Source of the DNA: Acidobacteriota bacterium
GTDB lineage: Bacteria > Acidobacteriota > UBA890 > WLXD01
Length of the DNA: 64,000 bases
Assembly (NCBI GenBank): GCA_965205505.1
Contig: CBDBHB010000008.1
Location: 320,001-384,000 of the forward strand
Direction of reading: 5' to 3'
Below, piece after piece: positions 10,559 to 20,732 of the stretch. The position numbers and the translations under genes were made by a program. How positions within the stretch are numbered: position 1 is the stretch's first letter; each line of letters starts with the position of its first letter. The notes beneath the pieces were generated by a model that saw only the letters and a list, made by a program, of their open reading frames with translations, was not told the origin of the DNA and did no database searches.

Positions 10559-12514
10559 TCAGCAAGAAACGCAGTTGTGGTTGTTCTCCGCGCCCAGGCT
10601 CTCGAGCAGCGCCAAGGTGGCCGGGAAGGGCTGGATGCGCTGAACAGGGCCGTTCGCCATGTCGGCGGTAGTCTGGCCCTTGCGACTCACGGCGGCGACG
10701 TCGGCGCCGTGCGACACGAGATAGCGCACCATGTCCAGGTCGCCGCGCGCCGCCGCATGGTGCAGTGGCGTGTAGGCGTTATGGTCGCGCGCGTTGATGT
10801 CGGCCCCCATCTCTTCGATCAGATACTTCACCGCCGCCATCCAGCCGTCCGGTACGTGGCGGTGTTGGTTAGCGGCGAACCCCTCGCCGTAGCCGATACC
10901 GGAAGCTGCGTGGATCGGATAGGCCGCCGGCCCGCCGATCTCGACCGGCTGCAGCCCGGAGTGGTCCTCCTCGTCTCCCTGCGGCCGGCGGTTGCCGCCG
11001 CGGCGGCGGCGCCCCGGTAACTTGCGCGTCGGGGTGCTCGGGTCGGCGCCGTGAGCCACCAGGAGCTTCATCGCGTCGACGTCGGTGGCGTAGGCGGCCC
11101 GCCAGAACGGCGTGGCGCCGGTCGTGTCCGTCAGCAGATCGAAGTTGAAGCCGCCGTACCACAAGTGCTTCTTCAGCCGCACGTTAGGGTCGGCCCCGGC
11201 GGTCAGCAACGCTTCCATCAGCTCCAGGTAGGTGGCCTGCTGCTGCTTGGCCGCATTCTGCGGCGGGTAGGACGACTTCTGTATCCAGCGCGCGTTGAGC
11301 GCCAGGTAAAGCGGCGTAGCACCGTTCTCGCTCGCCAGCTGGGGATTCGCACCGGCCTCCAACAGGATCAGCGCCAGATCGAAGTGACCGTTCAAGATAG
11401 AGATCAGCAACGAGCTGGTCTGGTCCCCGTCGCTCACCTGGTTGATATCCGCCCCGGCCTCGAGCAACGCCAGTACCGTATCTGTGTAGCCCTCGCGAGC
11501 GGCGTAATGCAGCGCGGTCAACCCTCCGTGAGCGAACACGAGGTCGAAGAAGGATGGCCGCTCCGCGGGCTCCTTCTTACCTTCCTCTTCTTCGGACTCG
11601 CCTTCGCCCTCACCCTCGCTTTCGGCTCCCTCCTTGGGCTCCCCACCTTGGACAGTTTCCTCGCCTTCGACGGCCTCCTCGCCTTGGACAGTTTCCTCGC
11701 CCTCGGCGGTCCCGTCACCCTCCGCAGTCTCCTCCTCCTCGGCGCTCTCCTCCCTCGTTTCTTCGCTCTCTTCGCCCTCCTCAGCTTCCTCGCTCTCCTT
11801 GGCTTCGGCTGCTGCCTGCTCCTCCTCCTCGAGGGCGCGGAGCGCGGCTTTCTGCCGGGCTCGGCGACGCACCTCGTCGCGGTCCCACCCACCGCGCTCG
11901 ACGATATCGACGACCGAGCTCGTCACCGCAGGGTCAGCGCCGCCCTGCAACAACAGGTTCACCGCGGCGACCCGACCCGTGGCCGCCGCGAACATCAGCG
12001 GAGTCTGCCTCCAGGCGGCCTCGCCGGCGTCGATGTCGGCGCCATGATGGAGCAAGAGCGCGATGGCCTCGGTGTTGCCGATCTCGGCGGCGAAGTGGAG
12101 GGGGCGTGCCCCCCCAGCGGCCGTCGGCGCGTTGGGGTCGGCGCCGGCCTCCAGCAACGTCGCCATCACCGTCACGCTGCCCGCACGGCTGGCGAGATGG
12201 AGGGGCTCATAGTTGCCGTTTCGCGTCCCCGCCTTCAGGTTGGCACCGGCGTAGACGAGCATCTCGGCGAGCTCGTCCGCGTCGTTGAGGGCTGCCCAGT
12301 GGAGGGCCGTCATCCCATCTGCCTGTGCAGCGTTGACGTCTGCTCCGCTCCTCAGCAGGGAGCGAGCGGTCTCCGTGTCGCCGCGCATGGCGGCGTCGGC
12401 AACGAGCGAGTCCTCGGGGCTCGCTCGCAGCAGGGTCGGCGCCCCGAGGGCCAGCAGCAGGACGAGGCACCAAATGCGGGCGTCAGTGGCGGCCGTTCGT
12501 ACGGATCGCGACAT
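10559..12514 (-). CDS. Secreted ankyrin-repeat protein with a Glu-rich insert
   Basis: Multiple TALH/TPL ankyrin repeats; signal peptide; C-terminal CVSC. Confidence 0.9.
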   Translation of the reverse strand: MSRSVRTAATDARIWCLVLLLALGAPTLLRASPEDSLVADAAMRGDTETARSLLRSGADVNAAQADGMTALHWAALNDADELAEMLVYAGANLKAGTRNGNYEPLHLASRAGSVTVMATLLEAGADPNAPTAAGGARPLHFAAEIGNTEAIALLLHHGADIDAGEAAWRQTPLMFAAATGRVAAVNLLLQGGADPAVTSSVVDIVERGGWDRDEVRRRARQKAALRALEEEEQAAAEAKESEEAEEGEESEETREESAEEEETAEGDGTAEGEETVQGEEAVEGEETVQGGEPKEGAESEGEGEGESEEEEGKKEPAERPSFFDLVFAHGGLTALHYAAREGYTDTVLALLEAGADINQVSDGDQTSSLLISILNGHFDLALILLEAGANPQLASENGATPLYLALNARWIQKSSYPPQNAAKQQQATYLELMEALLTAGADPNVRLKKHLWYGGFNFDLLTDTTGATPFWRAAYATDVDAMKLLVAHGADPSTPTRKLPGRRRRGGNRRPQGDEEDHSGLQPVEIGGPAAYPIHAASGIGYGEGFAANQHRHVPDGWMAAVKYLIEEMGADINARDHNAYTPLHHAAARGDLDMVRYLVSHGADVAAVSRKGQTTADMANGPVQRIQPFPATLALLESLGAENNHNCVSC

Positions 12515-12549
12515 CGTCCCTCGTTCCTCCTTCGAGCTGGTGAGGACGC

Positions 12550-13935
12550 TCAGCCGCTCAACGCGAACGGCGCGGAGCTGTTCCCGAAGCTCCGCATGTC
12601 GTCGAGCCCGAGGGCGTGCAGCAGGCTGAGTATGACGTTGGCCATGGGAGTTCCATCCGGAGCCCGCAGGTGCAGGTTCCCTTCGAGACGACCCTTCGCG
12701 CCGCCGACGATGAAGAGCGGGCACCGCTTGTGGTTGTGGACGTTGGGATCTCCCATCGGAGAGCCGTAGATGACCATGCTCTTGTCCAGCAGGGTCGCGT
12801 CACCCTCCGTCAGGCTTTGCAGCTTCTCGAGCAGGTACGGGATCAGGCTGAGGTGGTAGCGGTTGATCAGCGCAAAGTCGTCGATGTTCTTCTCCACGCC
12901 GCCGTGATGGGAGGCCGGGTGAAACGGCTTGTTCACGCCGCTCGAGGGATAGACCCTCCCCGAGACATCCCGCCCCAGCTTGAACGAGAACGTACGCGTG
13001 ATATCGGCGGCGAAGGCTAGCGCCTGCAGATCGAACATCAGCCGGACGTGATCGCCGAAGGAGTCGGGCACCCCGGCCGGAGCTTCGGGGAGTTGCCGCA
13101 GCTCGCCGCTGGTGTTGTGCTCCTCGATCTTCTGGATGCGCCGCTCGACCTCACGAATGTTGTCCAGGTAGCGGTCCAGTCGGCGGCGGTCCTCGGGTCC
13201 GACCTCCGCCCTCAGGTAAGCGGCTTCACGTGCGATCCAGTCCAGGATGCTGGCCTTGCTGCGCCGCCGGGCGGCGCGTTCCTCCGGCGTTCCTCCGGCG
13301 CCGAACAGTCGATCAAACACCGTCCGCGGGTCCCGGATCATCGGCAGCGGCTCGGTCGGAGAAGCCCAGCTGATGGTGTCGGAGTAGACGCAGGCGTATC
13401 CGTAGGTGCAGGAGCCCGCCTGATCGACGTTCTCGACGCACAGTTGCATCGCGGGGACCGGCGTGTCCTGGCCAAAGCGCTGCGCGTACAGTTGGTCGAG
13501 CGAGGTGCCGACCTCGACGTCAGATCCTTCGGTCTGGCGCGGGTGAGCTTGGGTCAGGAAACAAGCGCTCGAGCGATAGTGGTCGCCGCCGATCTCTTTG
13601 GGTATGATCGCTTCCGCCGGCTCGACGTCGGTATTGCTGACGATCGTCAGCTGGTCGCGGAAAGGCTCCAGCGATCGCAACGCGCTGGAGCTCAGGTCGA
13701 ACTCCCGGCCTTCCTCTGCCGGCGACCAGTAGTTCTTGGTGGCGCCGTACTCGGTGCTCCCGGCAGCACCGTGGACCATCTCGAGGCAGATCAGGCGGAC
13801 CGGATCGAGATCCTTCGAAACCTTGGCCCAGACGGTTCCCGCCGGAACCATTGAGTCCAGGAACGGCAACGCCACCGTCGCTCCGACCCCCCGCAGGACA
13901 GTGCGCCGCGGAATCCGCTTTCCGGTGATGTACAT
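12550..13935 (-). CDS. DUF1552 (HXXSHH) family protein
   Basis: RRTVLRG..ALPFLDSM N-terminus; FHPASHH motif. Confidence 0.9.
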   Translation of the reverse strand: MYITGKRIPRRTVLRGVGATVALPFLDSMVPAGTVWAKVSKDLDPVRLICLEMVHGAAGSTEYGATKNYWSPAEEGREFDLSSSALRSLEPFRDQLTIVSNTDVEPAEAIIPKEIGGDHYRSSACFLTQAHPRQTEGSDVEVGTSLDQLYAQRFGQDTPVPAMQLCVENVDQAGSCTYGYACVYSDTISWASPTEPLPMIRDPRTVFDRLFGAGGTPEERAARRRSKASILDWIAREAAYLRAEVGPEDRRRLDRYLDNIREVERRIQKIEEHNTSGELRQLPEAPAGVPDSFGDHVRLMFDLQALAFAADITRTFSFKLGRDVSGRVYPSSGVNKPFHPASHHGGVEKNIDDFALINRYHLSLIPYLLEKLQSLTEGDATLLDKSMVIYGSPMGDPNVHNHKRCPLFIVGGAKGRLEGNLHLRAPDGTPMANVILSLLHALGLDDMRSFGNSSAPFALSG

Positions 13936-13954
13936 CAGTCCTCCTCGAAGCTGT

Positions 13955-16411
13955 TCATCGACTCCCGCGACGCGGATCGTCAACCGTCGAGTCGCCTCGG
14001 CGAAGCTGTTCGTTGCTCTGGAACGCGACGCTCTTCACCACCCCCAACACCAGAGATGACAAGCGGTTTCCGTCGCTAGCCGCGTCTCGGACGATCCTGC
14101 GAACTGCCGGCATATCAGCGTACTCCACGCGCCTACCCAAGCCATAGGCCATCAGGTTTTCCGTGAAGCTCGTGATCAGGGCGTCGGAGTACTGCAGCAA
14201 CGCCTGCCGCAGATCCTCGGGACCATTGATGGAGCTGCCATCATAGAGCTGACCCGCCGCGTCGACGATGGCCCAGTTGTCCTTGATACGCCAGGCCCCG
14301 GTGACGTCGAAGTTCTCCAGCGCCAGGCCAATCGGATCGATGACGCGGTGGCAGGAGGCGCACGCGGGGTCGCGGCGATGCCGCTCCATCCGCTCACTCA
14401 CCTTGAGGAAGCGGCCATCGGCCGCCTCGTCGGTCTCCTCCAGGGCGGGCACGTTGGGAGGAGGAGGCGGCGGCGGGCTCCCCAGCAGCACCTCCATCAC
14501 CCATTTGCCGCGCAGCACCGGCGAGGTGCGGTTGCCGTGCGAGGTCAGTGTCAGCACGCTTCCATGGCCCAAGATGCCCCGGCGCTCGCTGCTTACCAGG
14601 GGTACACGGCGAAACTGATCCCCGATTACTCCCGGTATGCCGTAGTGCTCGGCCAGGGCCTCGTTGACGAAGGTGTAGTCGGCCGTTAGCAACTCCAGGA
14701 TGCTGCGCTCCTCCTGGAGCAGGCTGTGGAAGAGCAGCTCGGTCTCGCGGCGCATCGCGTCGGCCAGCTGCTGATCGTAGTCCGGGAACATCAGGGAGTC
14801 CGGGTGCACCCGGTCCTGCGCCGACAAACGCAGCCACTGCGCCGCGAAACGGGTGGCGAGGGCCTCGGCACGAGGATCGGCGAGCATCCGGCGGACCTGA
14901 CGCTCGAGTATCGCGGGATCGGAGAGCTGCCCCTCGCGGGCCAGGCCGCTGAGCTCGTCATCCGGCGGAGATGCCCAGAGGAAGAAGGAGAGGCGGGTCG
15001 CCAAGGCGATGTCGCTGATCCTCGTGCCACCAAGGCTGCCGGCGTCGCCCTGCTCCGCCGGCTCTTCGATCCGGAAGACGAAGTGCAGGCTCGCCAGGAT
15101 CGCCTCCAGAGCGGAGCGGATCCCGACCTCGAAGCCTCCCTCGGCGGCCCCCATCTCGTAGAAGGACATCAGTGGCTCGAGATCCCTGTCGGTCAGCGGC
15201 CGCCGGTACGCATCGGCTGCGAGCCGGCCGATGATCTCCTGCGCGCAGGCGGCCTCTTCGTCGGGCACGGTCGGCCGGCAGCTGAAGATGCGCTCGCGGA
15301 TCGCGTTGGCAGAGATGCCGGTCGCGTTGTAAGGCCCCGCCACCGACAGGACTCGCAGGTGGGGTAGCGAGGTAAGTCCAAACACCAGGCCGGTGTCCTT
15401 GTCGGCCAGGCTCCATCTGTGCGGCGAGAGCACATCGGCCACCGGTCCCTCGAACTTGCGGACGAACGCCGCCGTGAGGCGCCGCGGCCCACCTCGGATG
15501 ACGATCGGGGCCGTCTTGATGCTCTCGTTGTCTGCGTCCATCCTGCGATCGATGTTCAGCAACGCCACCCGCTCCCCGTCGACCGAGATCTCGATCTGCT
15601 CGTCGTGGTAGGTGGTCTTGCCGAAGATGAAGGCGACCGGCGCGTCCTGGAAGGCCAGCGTGAAGACGTACTCCCCGTCGGCTGGAAAGTTGTGGATGAC
15701 CGAGAGCCCGCCGCGCGTGCCGAACGGAGCGCCTTCGACCCGCTCGGCCTGAGACACATACCGCAGAAGCCTGTAGTTGGTCTCGCCGGCGCTCGCCGTC
15801 GGGTCGCCGACCGCCAGCCTGCTGATCTCGCTGGCGGCGCTGAGATAGCCCTCCATCACCGTGGTCGAAACGCTCTGGACGTCGGCGATGTTGTCGAACC
15901 CGGCGCTCATCGTGTCCGGGGCCAGGTAGACGGTCGCATCGATCTCGATCCCCAACAGGGCGTGCACGGAGCGCTCGTACTCGGTTCGGTTGAGCCTCTG
16001 GAAGGTCCGACCGCCAGGGCGCGGGCTGGTATCGCTGGCCGTGTCGAGGCGTGACGACAGCGCCGCTGTCAGCGCGTTCACGCTGTCGTGATCGGGCCGT
16101 CGCGACAGCGGTGGCGGCATCATTCCGGCCTGCAGCTTGCGAATGATCTTCTCCGCCAACTCCCGGCTCTCGGCGGCGGCCGTAACGTCAAACCCCTCCA
16201 GCGTCAGGCCGCCACGCAGGGTGTCGTCGTTGTGGCAGCGAATACAGTAGCGACCGATCACGACGTTGTGCGCGGAGGCACTCGGATCCGCCGCTGCCTG
16301 CGTCGAGAGCTCGATAGGGCGCCTGTAAGCACTGACAGCCGAGCCCGTTCGCGCCGCCAAGGTGAGGCACAGAAGTCCGGCCACAAGGGCGAGTAACTTG
16401 GAGCCTCGCAT
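13955..16411 (-). CDS. DUF1592/DUF1588-type cytochrome c domain protein
   Basis: CIRCH and CASCH haem motifs; RLNRTEY, RLSFFLW and RTSPVLRGKW motifs. Confidence 0.9.
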   Translation of the reverse strand: MRGSKLLALVAGLLCLTLAARTGSAVSAYRRPIELSTQAAADPSASAHNVVIGRYCIRCHNDDTLRGGLTLEGFDVTAAAESRELAEKIIRKLQAGMMPPPLSRRPDHDSVNALTAALSSRLDTASDTSPRPGGRTFQRLNRTEYERSVHALLGIEIDATVYLAPDTMSAGFDNIADVQSVSTTVMEGYLSAASEISRLAVGDPTASAGETNYRLLRYVSQAERVEGAPFGTRGGLSVIHNFPADGEYVFTLAFQDAPVAFIFGKTTYHDEQIEISVDGERVALLNIDRRMDADNESIKTAPIVIRGGPRRLTAAFVRKFEGPVADVLSPHRWSLADKDTGLVFGLTSLPHLRVLSVAGPYNATGISANAIRERIFSCRPTVPDEEAACAQEIIGRLAADAYRRPLTDRDLEPLMSFYEMGAAEGGFEVGIRSALEAILASLHFVFRIEEPAEQGDAGSLGGTRISDIALATRLSFFLWASPPDDELSGLAREGQLSDPAILERQVRRMLADPRAEALATRFAAQWLRLSAQDRVHPDSLMFPDYDQQLADAMRRETELLFHSLLQEERSILELLTADYTFVNEALAEHYGIPGVIGDQFRRVPLVSSERRGILGHGSVLTLTSHGNRTSPVLRGKWVMEVLLGSPPPPPPPNVPALEETDEAADGRFLKVSERMERHRRDPACASCHRVIDPIGLALENFDVTGAWRIKDNWAIVDAAGQLYDGSSINGPEDLRQALLQYSDALITSFTENLMAYGLGRRVEYADMPAVRRIVRDAASDGNRLSSLVLGVVKSVAFQSNEQLRRGDSTVDDPRRGSR

Positions 16412-16432
16412 CGTTCTTCTCCACCCTGCACG

Positions 16433-16478
16433 AGCGACCTGGTACGGCACACAAGCGACCTGGTACGGCCAGATTATA
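16433..16478 (-). promoter_or_regulatory. -10 box (TATAAT) followed by a 16-bp direct repeat (putative operator)
   Basis: TATAAT on the minus strand at 16473-16478; agcgacctggtacggc at 16433 and 16454. Confidence 0.5.
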
Positions 16479-16541
16479 CCGTGGGAGCGGGCGCAGACGA
16501 TGAGCTGGGCAACCCGACGTGCGCGAACTCGATCGGAGCGG

Positions 16542-17390
16542 TTACTCGTTGGTGCTGGTCTCGCCGACCATTCGCAGGATCGCCTCGACGGTCTCGTTGA
16601 CGCGAATGTCGACCAGCTCTCGTCCGTGCGCGATCGCCCGCTCTTTGGGCATGATGCTGATGCCGTTGATGGAGGCTTTGTTGGCGGCGACGCGCTGGTC
16701 GTAGCGCACGGCCTGGGGGTCGACGGTCATGATGATCGAAGTAACGCTGTAGTCATCGTGGATCCCTTCCGGCACTTCTGCCTTGCCAGCGACCTGCTCG
16801 ACCGCTGCTTCCGCCACATACCAGCTGTCGTAGTACTCGCGCACGAAATGAATGGCGGTCTCGCCACCGTTCCAGGCGTCGGTCAGCTCTTCGGCAACTT
16901 CCTCGAGGCCGCGCTGGTTGCCGCCGCTGTCGCCGATCAAGATGATGTTGCGGAAGCCCTGGTGCTTCAGACTCGTAGCCACGTCGGCCAGGATCGCCTT
17001 GTAGGTCTCCATGCGCACCCGGATCGAGCCTGGATAGCGGGGGTTTTCCGGATCGCCGGGCTCATAGCGCACGGTCGGGGCGATCAGGGCGTTGCCCAGC
17101 TTGCGTGCGATGGGTTCCGCCGTTGCGCGCAGTACGTAGTCATGCTTGGCGGCCAGTACGTAAGGACCGTTCTGTTCGAGGCTTCCGGCAGCCACGATGA
17201 CCGTTGTCTTGCCGTCGGCAATCGCATCGCGCACTTCCATCCACGTCATTTCTTCGATCCACACGGTGTCGAGCGCGTCGATCGGTCGGGGCGTGTTGAC
17301 GTCCAGCCGCCGACGCCCTCCATCTTGCGCCATGAGCGGCGCCGCTATGGCGAGGACCAGGACCACGGCGAGCACACTTGAATCTCTCAT
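16542..17390 (-). CDS. Creatininase family protein, secreted
   Basis: EEMTWMEV, GSLEQNGP, IGDSGGNQ and GIHD motifs; signal peptide. Confidence 0.85.
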   Translation of the reverse strand: MRDSSVLAVVLVLAIAAPLMAQDGGRRRLDVNTPRPIDALDTVWIEEMTWMEVRDAIADGKTTVIVAAGSLEQNGPYVLAAKHDYVLRATAEPIARKLGNALIAPTVRYEPGDPENPRYPGSIRVRMETYKAILADVATSLKHQGFRNIILIGDSGGNQRGLEEVAEELTDAWNGGETAIHFVREYYDSWYVAEAAVEQVAGKAEVPEGIHDDYSVTSIIMTVDPQAVRYDQRVAANKASINGISIMPKERAIAHGRELVDIRVNETVEAILRMVGETSTNE

Positions 17391-17655
17391 CAGTCGAAAC
17401 CTCCCGGTGGCGCAGTCATGCGGCCCAGACGGCGGCTCACTGGCTGCAATGCGATATCGCAAGACTGTACTCATCGGTGACGCCGAGCGACAGGCGTTCT
17501 GTGGATCCGTTCAGCGTGTTTGCGGCCTTCGTCGGGCTCAACAACTCGCTCTGGGCCCCGCTGCCCATGCCCATGAAGTAAGTTCCTATACTTGTTACAG
17601 CTTTCTTGATCGGGCCCGCCTTCCGAGTGCAGGTCTCGAGACAGGACCGGAACGA

Positions 17656-19062
17656 ATGACCGAACTGGGTAGCTTCGATACCGGCATCATCTTCGTCTAC
17701 TTTCTACTGCTGCTTGGCATCGGTTTCTATGTCAACCGTCGGCAAGAGAGCGTCGAAGACTATTTCATTGGCGGCGGCAGAACAGGCACCTTCTCCATCG
17801 CCTGCCTGTGGGTTGCCTCTTGGGTAGGTGGCGCAGCCATCGTTGGCGGTACGGCCAAGGCTTTCGAGGTCGGCATCTCTTCAGGCTGGTACACGATGTC
17901 GATGTTTGTCGGTTGCCTGCTGTTCGGATTGTTCTTCGCCAAACGGGTAAAGCGCGCCGGCCTACAGGAGAAGATGCTGACGTATCCCGACTTCATCGAA
18001 TCGCGATATGACAGCCGCACACGAATCGTCGCAACGATCACGACCGTCGTCGCATACATTGCGTTTGCCGCGGGGCAGCTGGCGGCAGCCGCAGCGATCC
18101 TCCAAACCCTACTGGGTTGGGATTACACCGCTACCTTGCTGCTGGCCAGTAGCATCATCGTGGTGTACACGGCCACCGGCGGGTTTCTCGCCGTTACCTA
18201 CACCGACTGGGTACAGCTCCTGTTGCTGTACGTCGGCGTGGTGTTCATCGGCATCCCGGTAGCCATCAGCAAAGGGGGCACCTGGGCGGCGTTCACGACG
18301 GGTCTGCCTGATGTCTACTTCGATCTTGGTGGCTGGGGATGGCCAACGATTCTCGCCATGGCTGTTTCGATTCCCCTGAGCTTTTTTGTGGCCATGGACA
18401 GCTACACGCGGACCTTCTCCGCGAGAAGCGAAGAGACCGCACGTCGCGGCGCCCTACTTGCCGCGGCCTTCCTCGTGCCGTTTGCCTTCGCCGCAGTCTG
18501 GCTCGGCATGACTTCTGCCATCCTTTATCCGGGCGCGGAGAGCAGCGGCATCCTCTCCACCTTCATCCTGCAGGAGTTCCCGACGGGGCTGAAGGGCCTG
18601 GCGCTCGTCGGGATTCTCGCTGCGCTGATGTCGACCGCCGACATCTGCATTCTTACTGCATCGGCGAATATCACCTGCGATGTTTACAAGCGGTACGTGA
18701 ATCCGGAGATCGCCCCGACCAAGCTGCTCCGTATGAGCATGGGCGCGTCGCTTGTCATCGGCACTCTGGCCGTTCTGATGGCCTGGGGCATGCGAGACGT
18801 CATCGACATCTTGTTGCTCGCCTTCACGGTCAATTCTGCCGGCCTATTCATTCCGACCCTGGCGATGGTGTACATGTCTGGCGTCAGCAAAGGCGCCGCC
18901 TTCTGGAGCATCACGCTGTCTCTGACTACGGTGCTGACTCTGTATATCGGTTCGTTTCTCAGCGACCTCGGTGTGTTTTCCATCGACCCGCTATGGCCGG
19001 GGCTCGCGGTCTCAATCGTCGTGTTCGTTGCAATGAACATGAAAGAGATGAAGTCTGCATGA
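17656..19062 (+). CDS. Sodium:solute symporter family protein
   Basis: EDYFIGG, GGFLAVTYTDWVQ and AALMSTAD motifs; many hydrophobic helices. Confidence 0.9.
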   Translation: MTELGSFDTGIIFVYFLLLLGIGFYVNRRQESVEDYFIGGGRTGTFSIACLWVASWVGGAAIVGGTAKAFEVGISSGWYTMSMFVGCLLFGLFFAKRVKRAGLQEKMLTYPDFIESRYDSRTRIVATITTVVAYIAFAAGQLAAAAAILQTLLGWDYTATLLLASSIIVVYTATGGFLAVTYTDWVQLLLLYVGVVFIGIPVAISKGGTWAAFTTGLPDVYFDLGGWGWPTILAMAVSIPLSFFVAMDSYTRTFSARSEETARRGALLAAAFLVPFAFAAVWLGMTSAILYPGAESSGILSTFILQEFPTGLKGLALVGILAALMSTADICILTASANITCDVYKRYVNPEIAPTKLLRMSMGASLVIGTLAVLMAWGMRDVIDILLLAFTVNSAGLFIPTLAMVYMSGVSKGAAFWSITLSLTTVLTLYIGSFLSDLGVFSIDPLWPGLAVSIVVFVAMNMKEMKSA

Positions 19063-19199
19063 CGGGCTAGCCACGCGCCGCGTCACGGCAGTCGAACGAA
19101 TTGCTCAGGAGTGTCTCGAGGCCGTCCCGCAGAGCGGGGTTGCAGTAGTGCTCCTGATCATAAGTACGGTGACGTTTGTGGCGCGCGCGACCGGGGCGA

Positions 19200-19260
19200 A
19201 TTGTAGGAGCGGCGACGAGGGCGATGCTGGGTGTATCGTCGAGGCGCCGCGACGCCCAAG
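19200..19260. repeat. Diverged copy of the MITE internal core
   Basis: gcgacgagggcgatgctgggtgtatcgtcgagg resembles gcgacgatggcgatgccagggggcatcgtcgagg at ~20015. Confidence 0.5.
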
Positions 19261-19294
19261 GTGGCCGGTCCCGCGGCCACCCGGAGGGCAGGAG

Positions 19295-19329
19295 CGATAG
19301 GCTTCAGGCGCTCACCCAACCCCCTCTGG
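19295..19329 (+). repeat. Kinase-promoter repeat copy C
   Basis: cgataggcttcaggcgctcacccaacccccctctgg-like stretch, matching the core of copies A, D and E. Confidence 0.65.
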
Positions 19330-19398
19330 AGTGCGTAGAGCACTCAGGAAAACGGGGCACCGCGAACGACGGGGAATGGGAACCCGGAGGAGCAACCG

Positions 19399-19951
19399 AT
19401 GGCGAGATGGAGTTTCGAACCAGGTCACACGGCCGCCGAGTTCTGCGTTCGGCACATGATGGTGACTTGGGTACGCGGAGCGTTCAAAGACGTGCATGGA
19501 ACCCTCGAGTTCGACCCCGATGATCAACGGAAGGGTGCGGTTGAGATCGAGATCGACGCCAGGCTCGTATGGAGTGGCGAGGCGGATCGCGACGCCCACC
19601 TGAAGAACGCCGACTTTCTCGACGCTGACAACCACCCCCACATCACTTTCAGAGGCGAAACGACTGAGAGCATTGGGCCTGACCGGTTCAAAGTCACCGG
19701 CGACCTCACCATTCGAGGAGTGGCGCGTCGGGCGGAGCTCGACGTTTCATTTCTCGGCCACTGGGACACGCCGTGGTGGGAGGACGGCGAGGACAAGGGG
19801 CCCAAGCGGCGTGCCGGCTTCCAGGCTACCACCGAGATCAACCGCCACGATTACGGCGTAAGCTGGAACGGCGATCTTGAACGCGGTGGCGTCGTCGTAG
19901 GGGATCGCGTGTTCATCACCCATCGACGCAGAGGCCATACTCGACGATTAG
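19399..19951 (+). CDS. YceI family protein, frameshift near 19920
   Basis: HTAAEFCVRHM.VTWVRG, RDAHLK..DFLD and GDLTIRG motifs; expected end ITIDAEAILDD* in the shifted frame. Confidence 0.85.
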
Positions 19952-20227
19952 CAGGGTGCTGAAAAAACTCTGGTGGGTCTGGCGCGTGGGTCTTGCTGGC
20001 GAGATCAAGGAAGAGCGACGATGGCGATGCCAGGGGGCATCGTCGAGGAGCTCTGACGCTGAGATCGTCGGCAACCCCCACGCGCCCTACGGGTTACGGC
20101 GTCGTGGGGCCACCTGCGGCGTTGGCCCTCCTGGACGATACAACGAGCATCGCCTGCGTCGCGCCGCCTTGCATCTGGCCCCACGACGCCGTAACCAGAC
20201 CCACCAGAGTTCTTCAGCACCCTGCTA
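19949..20227. mobile_element. Non-autonomous MITE (~279 bp) with IS5/IS1182-like ends
   Basis: Terminal IR tagcagggtgctgaaaaaactctggtgggtctgg / ccagacccaccagagttcttcagcaccctgcta; internal perfect 21-bp IR; no transposase. Family assignment is tentative. Confidence 0.8.
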
Positions 20228-20240
20228 GAGCACCGACCTC

Positions 20241-20732
20241 CTAACCTCCCGACCGCTCACGGGCTGCAGTCGCCCGCACATCCTCGACCGCTGATTCGGG
20301 ATGGCCCAATGAGCGCAGACCCTTGATGATGTGGCCGAGGTATCTCTCGGAAGGCGCTTGATACAGCTTCGGTTTCGGAACGACGTAAACCTCGGCGTCG
20401 AGTGCGCCGTCAGGGCATTCCAGTGTGATGGTGCAACGGACGCCACGTTGCCGTGCGTTCTTGTCCGACCCGAGTTCTACCTCATCCATCCTGACGATCT
20501 GGGCGTGTTCGATCTGATGCACGGCGCCATAGACCTTGTCGCCAGGCGAGGTCTCGATAATCGCGCCGCCTCCGCCCTCCGACGTTACCTCGCCTGAAAA
20601 TCTGAGCGCGTATCCGTGTAGGATGACGCGCTTCCGACCCAAGAACTCACAAACGCGAGCCCTGAACCTGTCAGGGTCGAGATTCGAGCCATAGGAGAAA
20701 TACCAGACGGTGTCGTCGCTTGGTGCAGGCAC
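20241..20732 (-). CDS. Gamma-glutamylcyclotransferase family protein
   Basis: YFSYGSNL motif, MDEVE and PSERYL. Confidence 0.85.
   Translation of the reverse strand: MPAPSDDTVWYFSYGSNLDPDRFRARVCEFLGRKRVILHGYALRFSGEVTSEGGGGAIIETSPGDKVYGAVHQIEHAQIVRMDEVELGSDKNARQRGVRCTITLECPDGALDAEVYVVPKPKLYQAPSERYLGHIIKGLRSLGHPESAVEDVRATAARERSGG

Noticed and set aside
11051-12769. Long antisense or alternate-frame ORFs (also 4034-5062, 16362-17381, 25597-26376, 59130-60545)
   Set aside because: Shadows of well-supported genes in high-GC DNA, with no motifs
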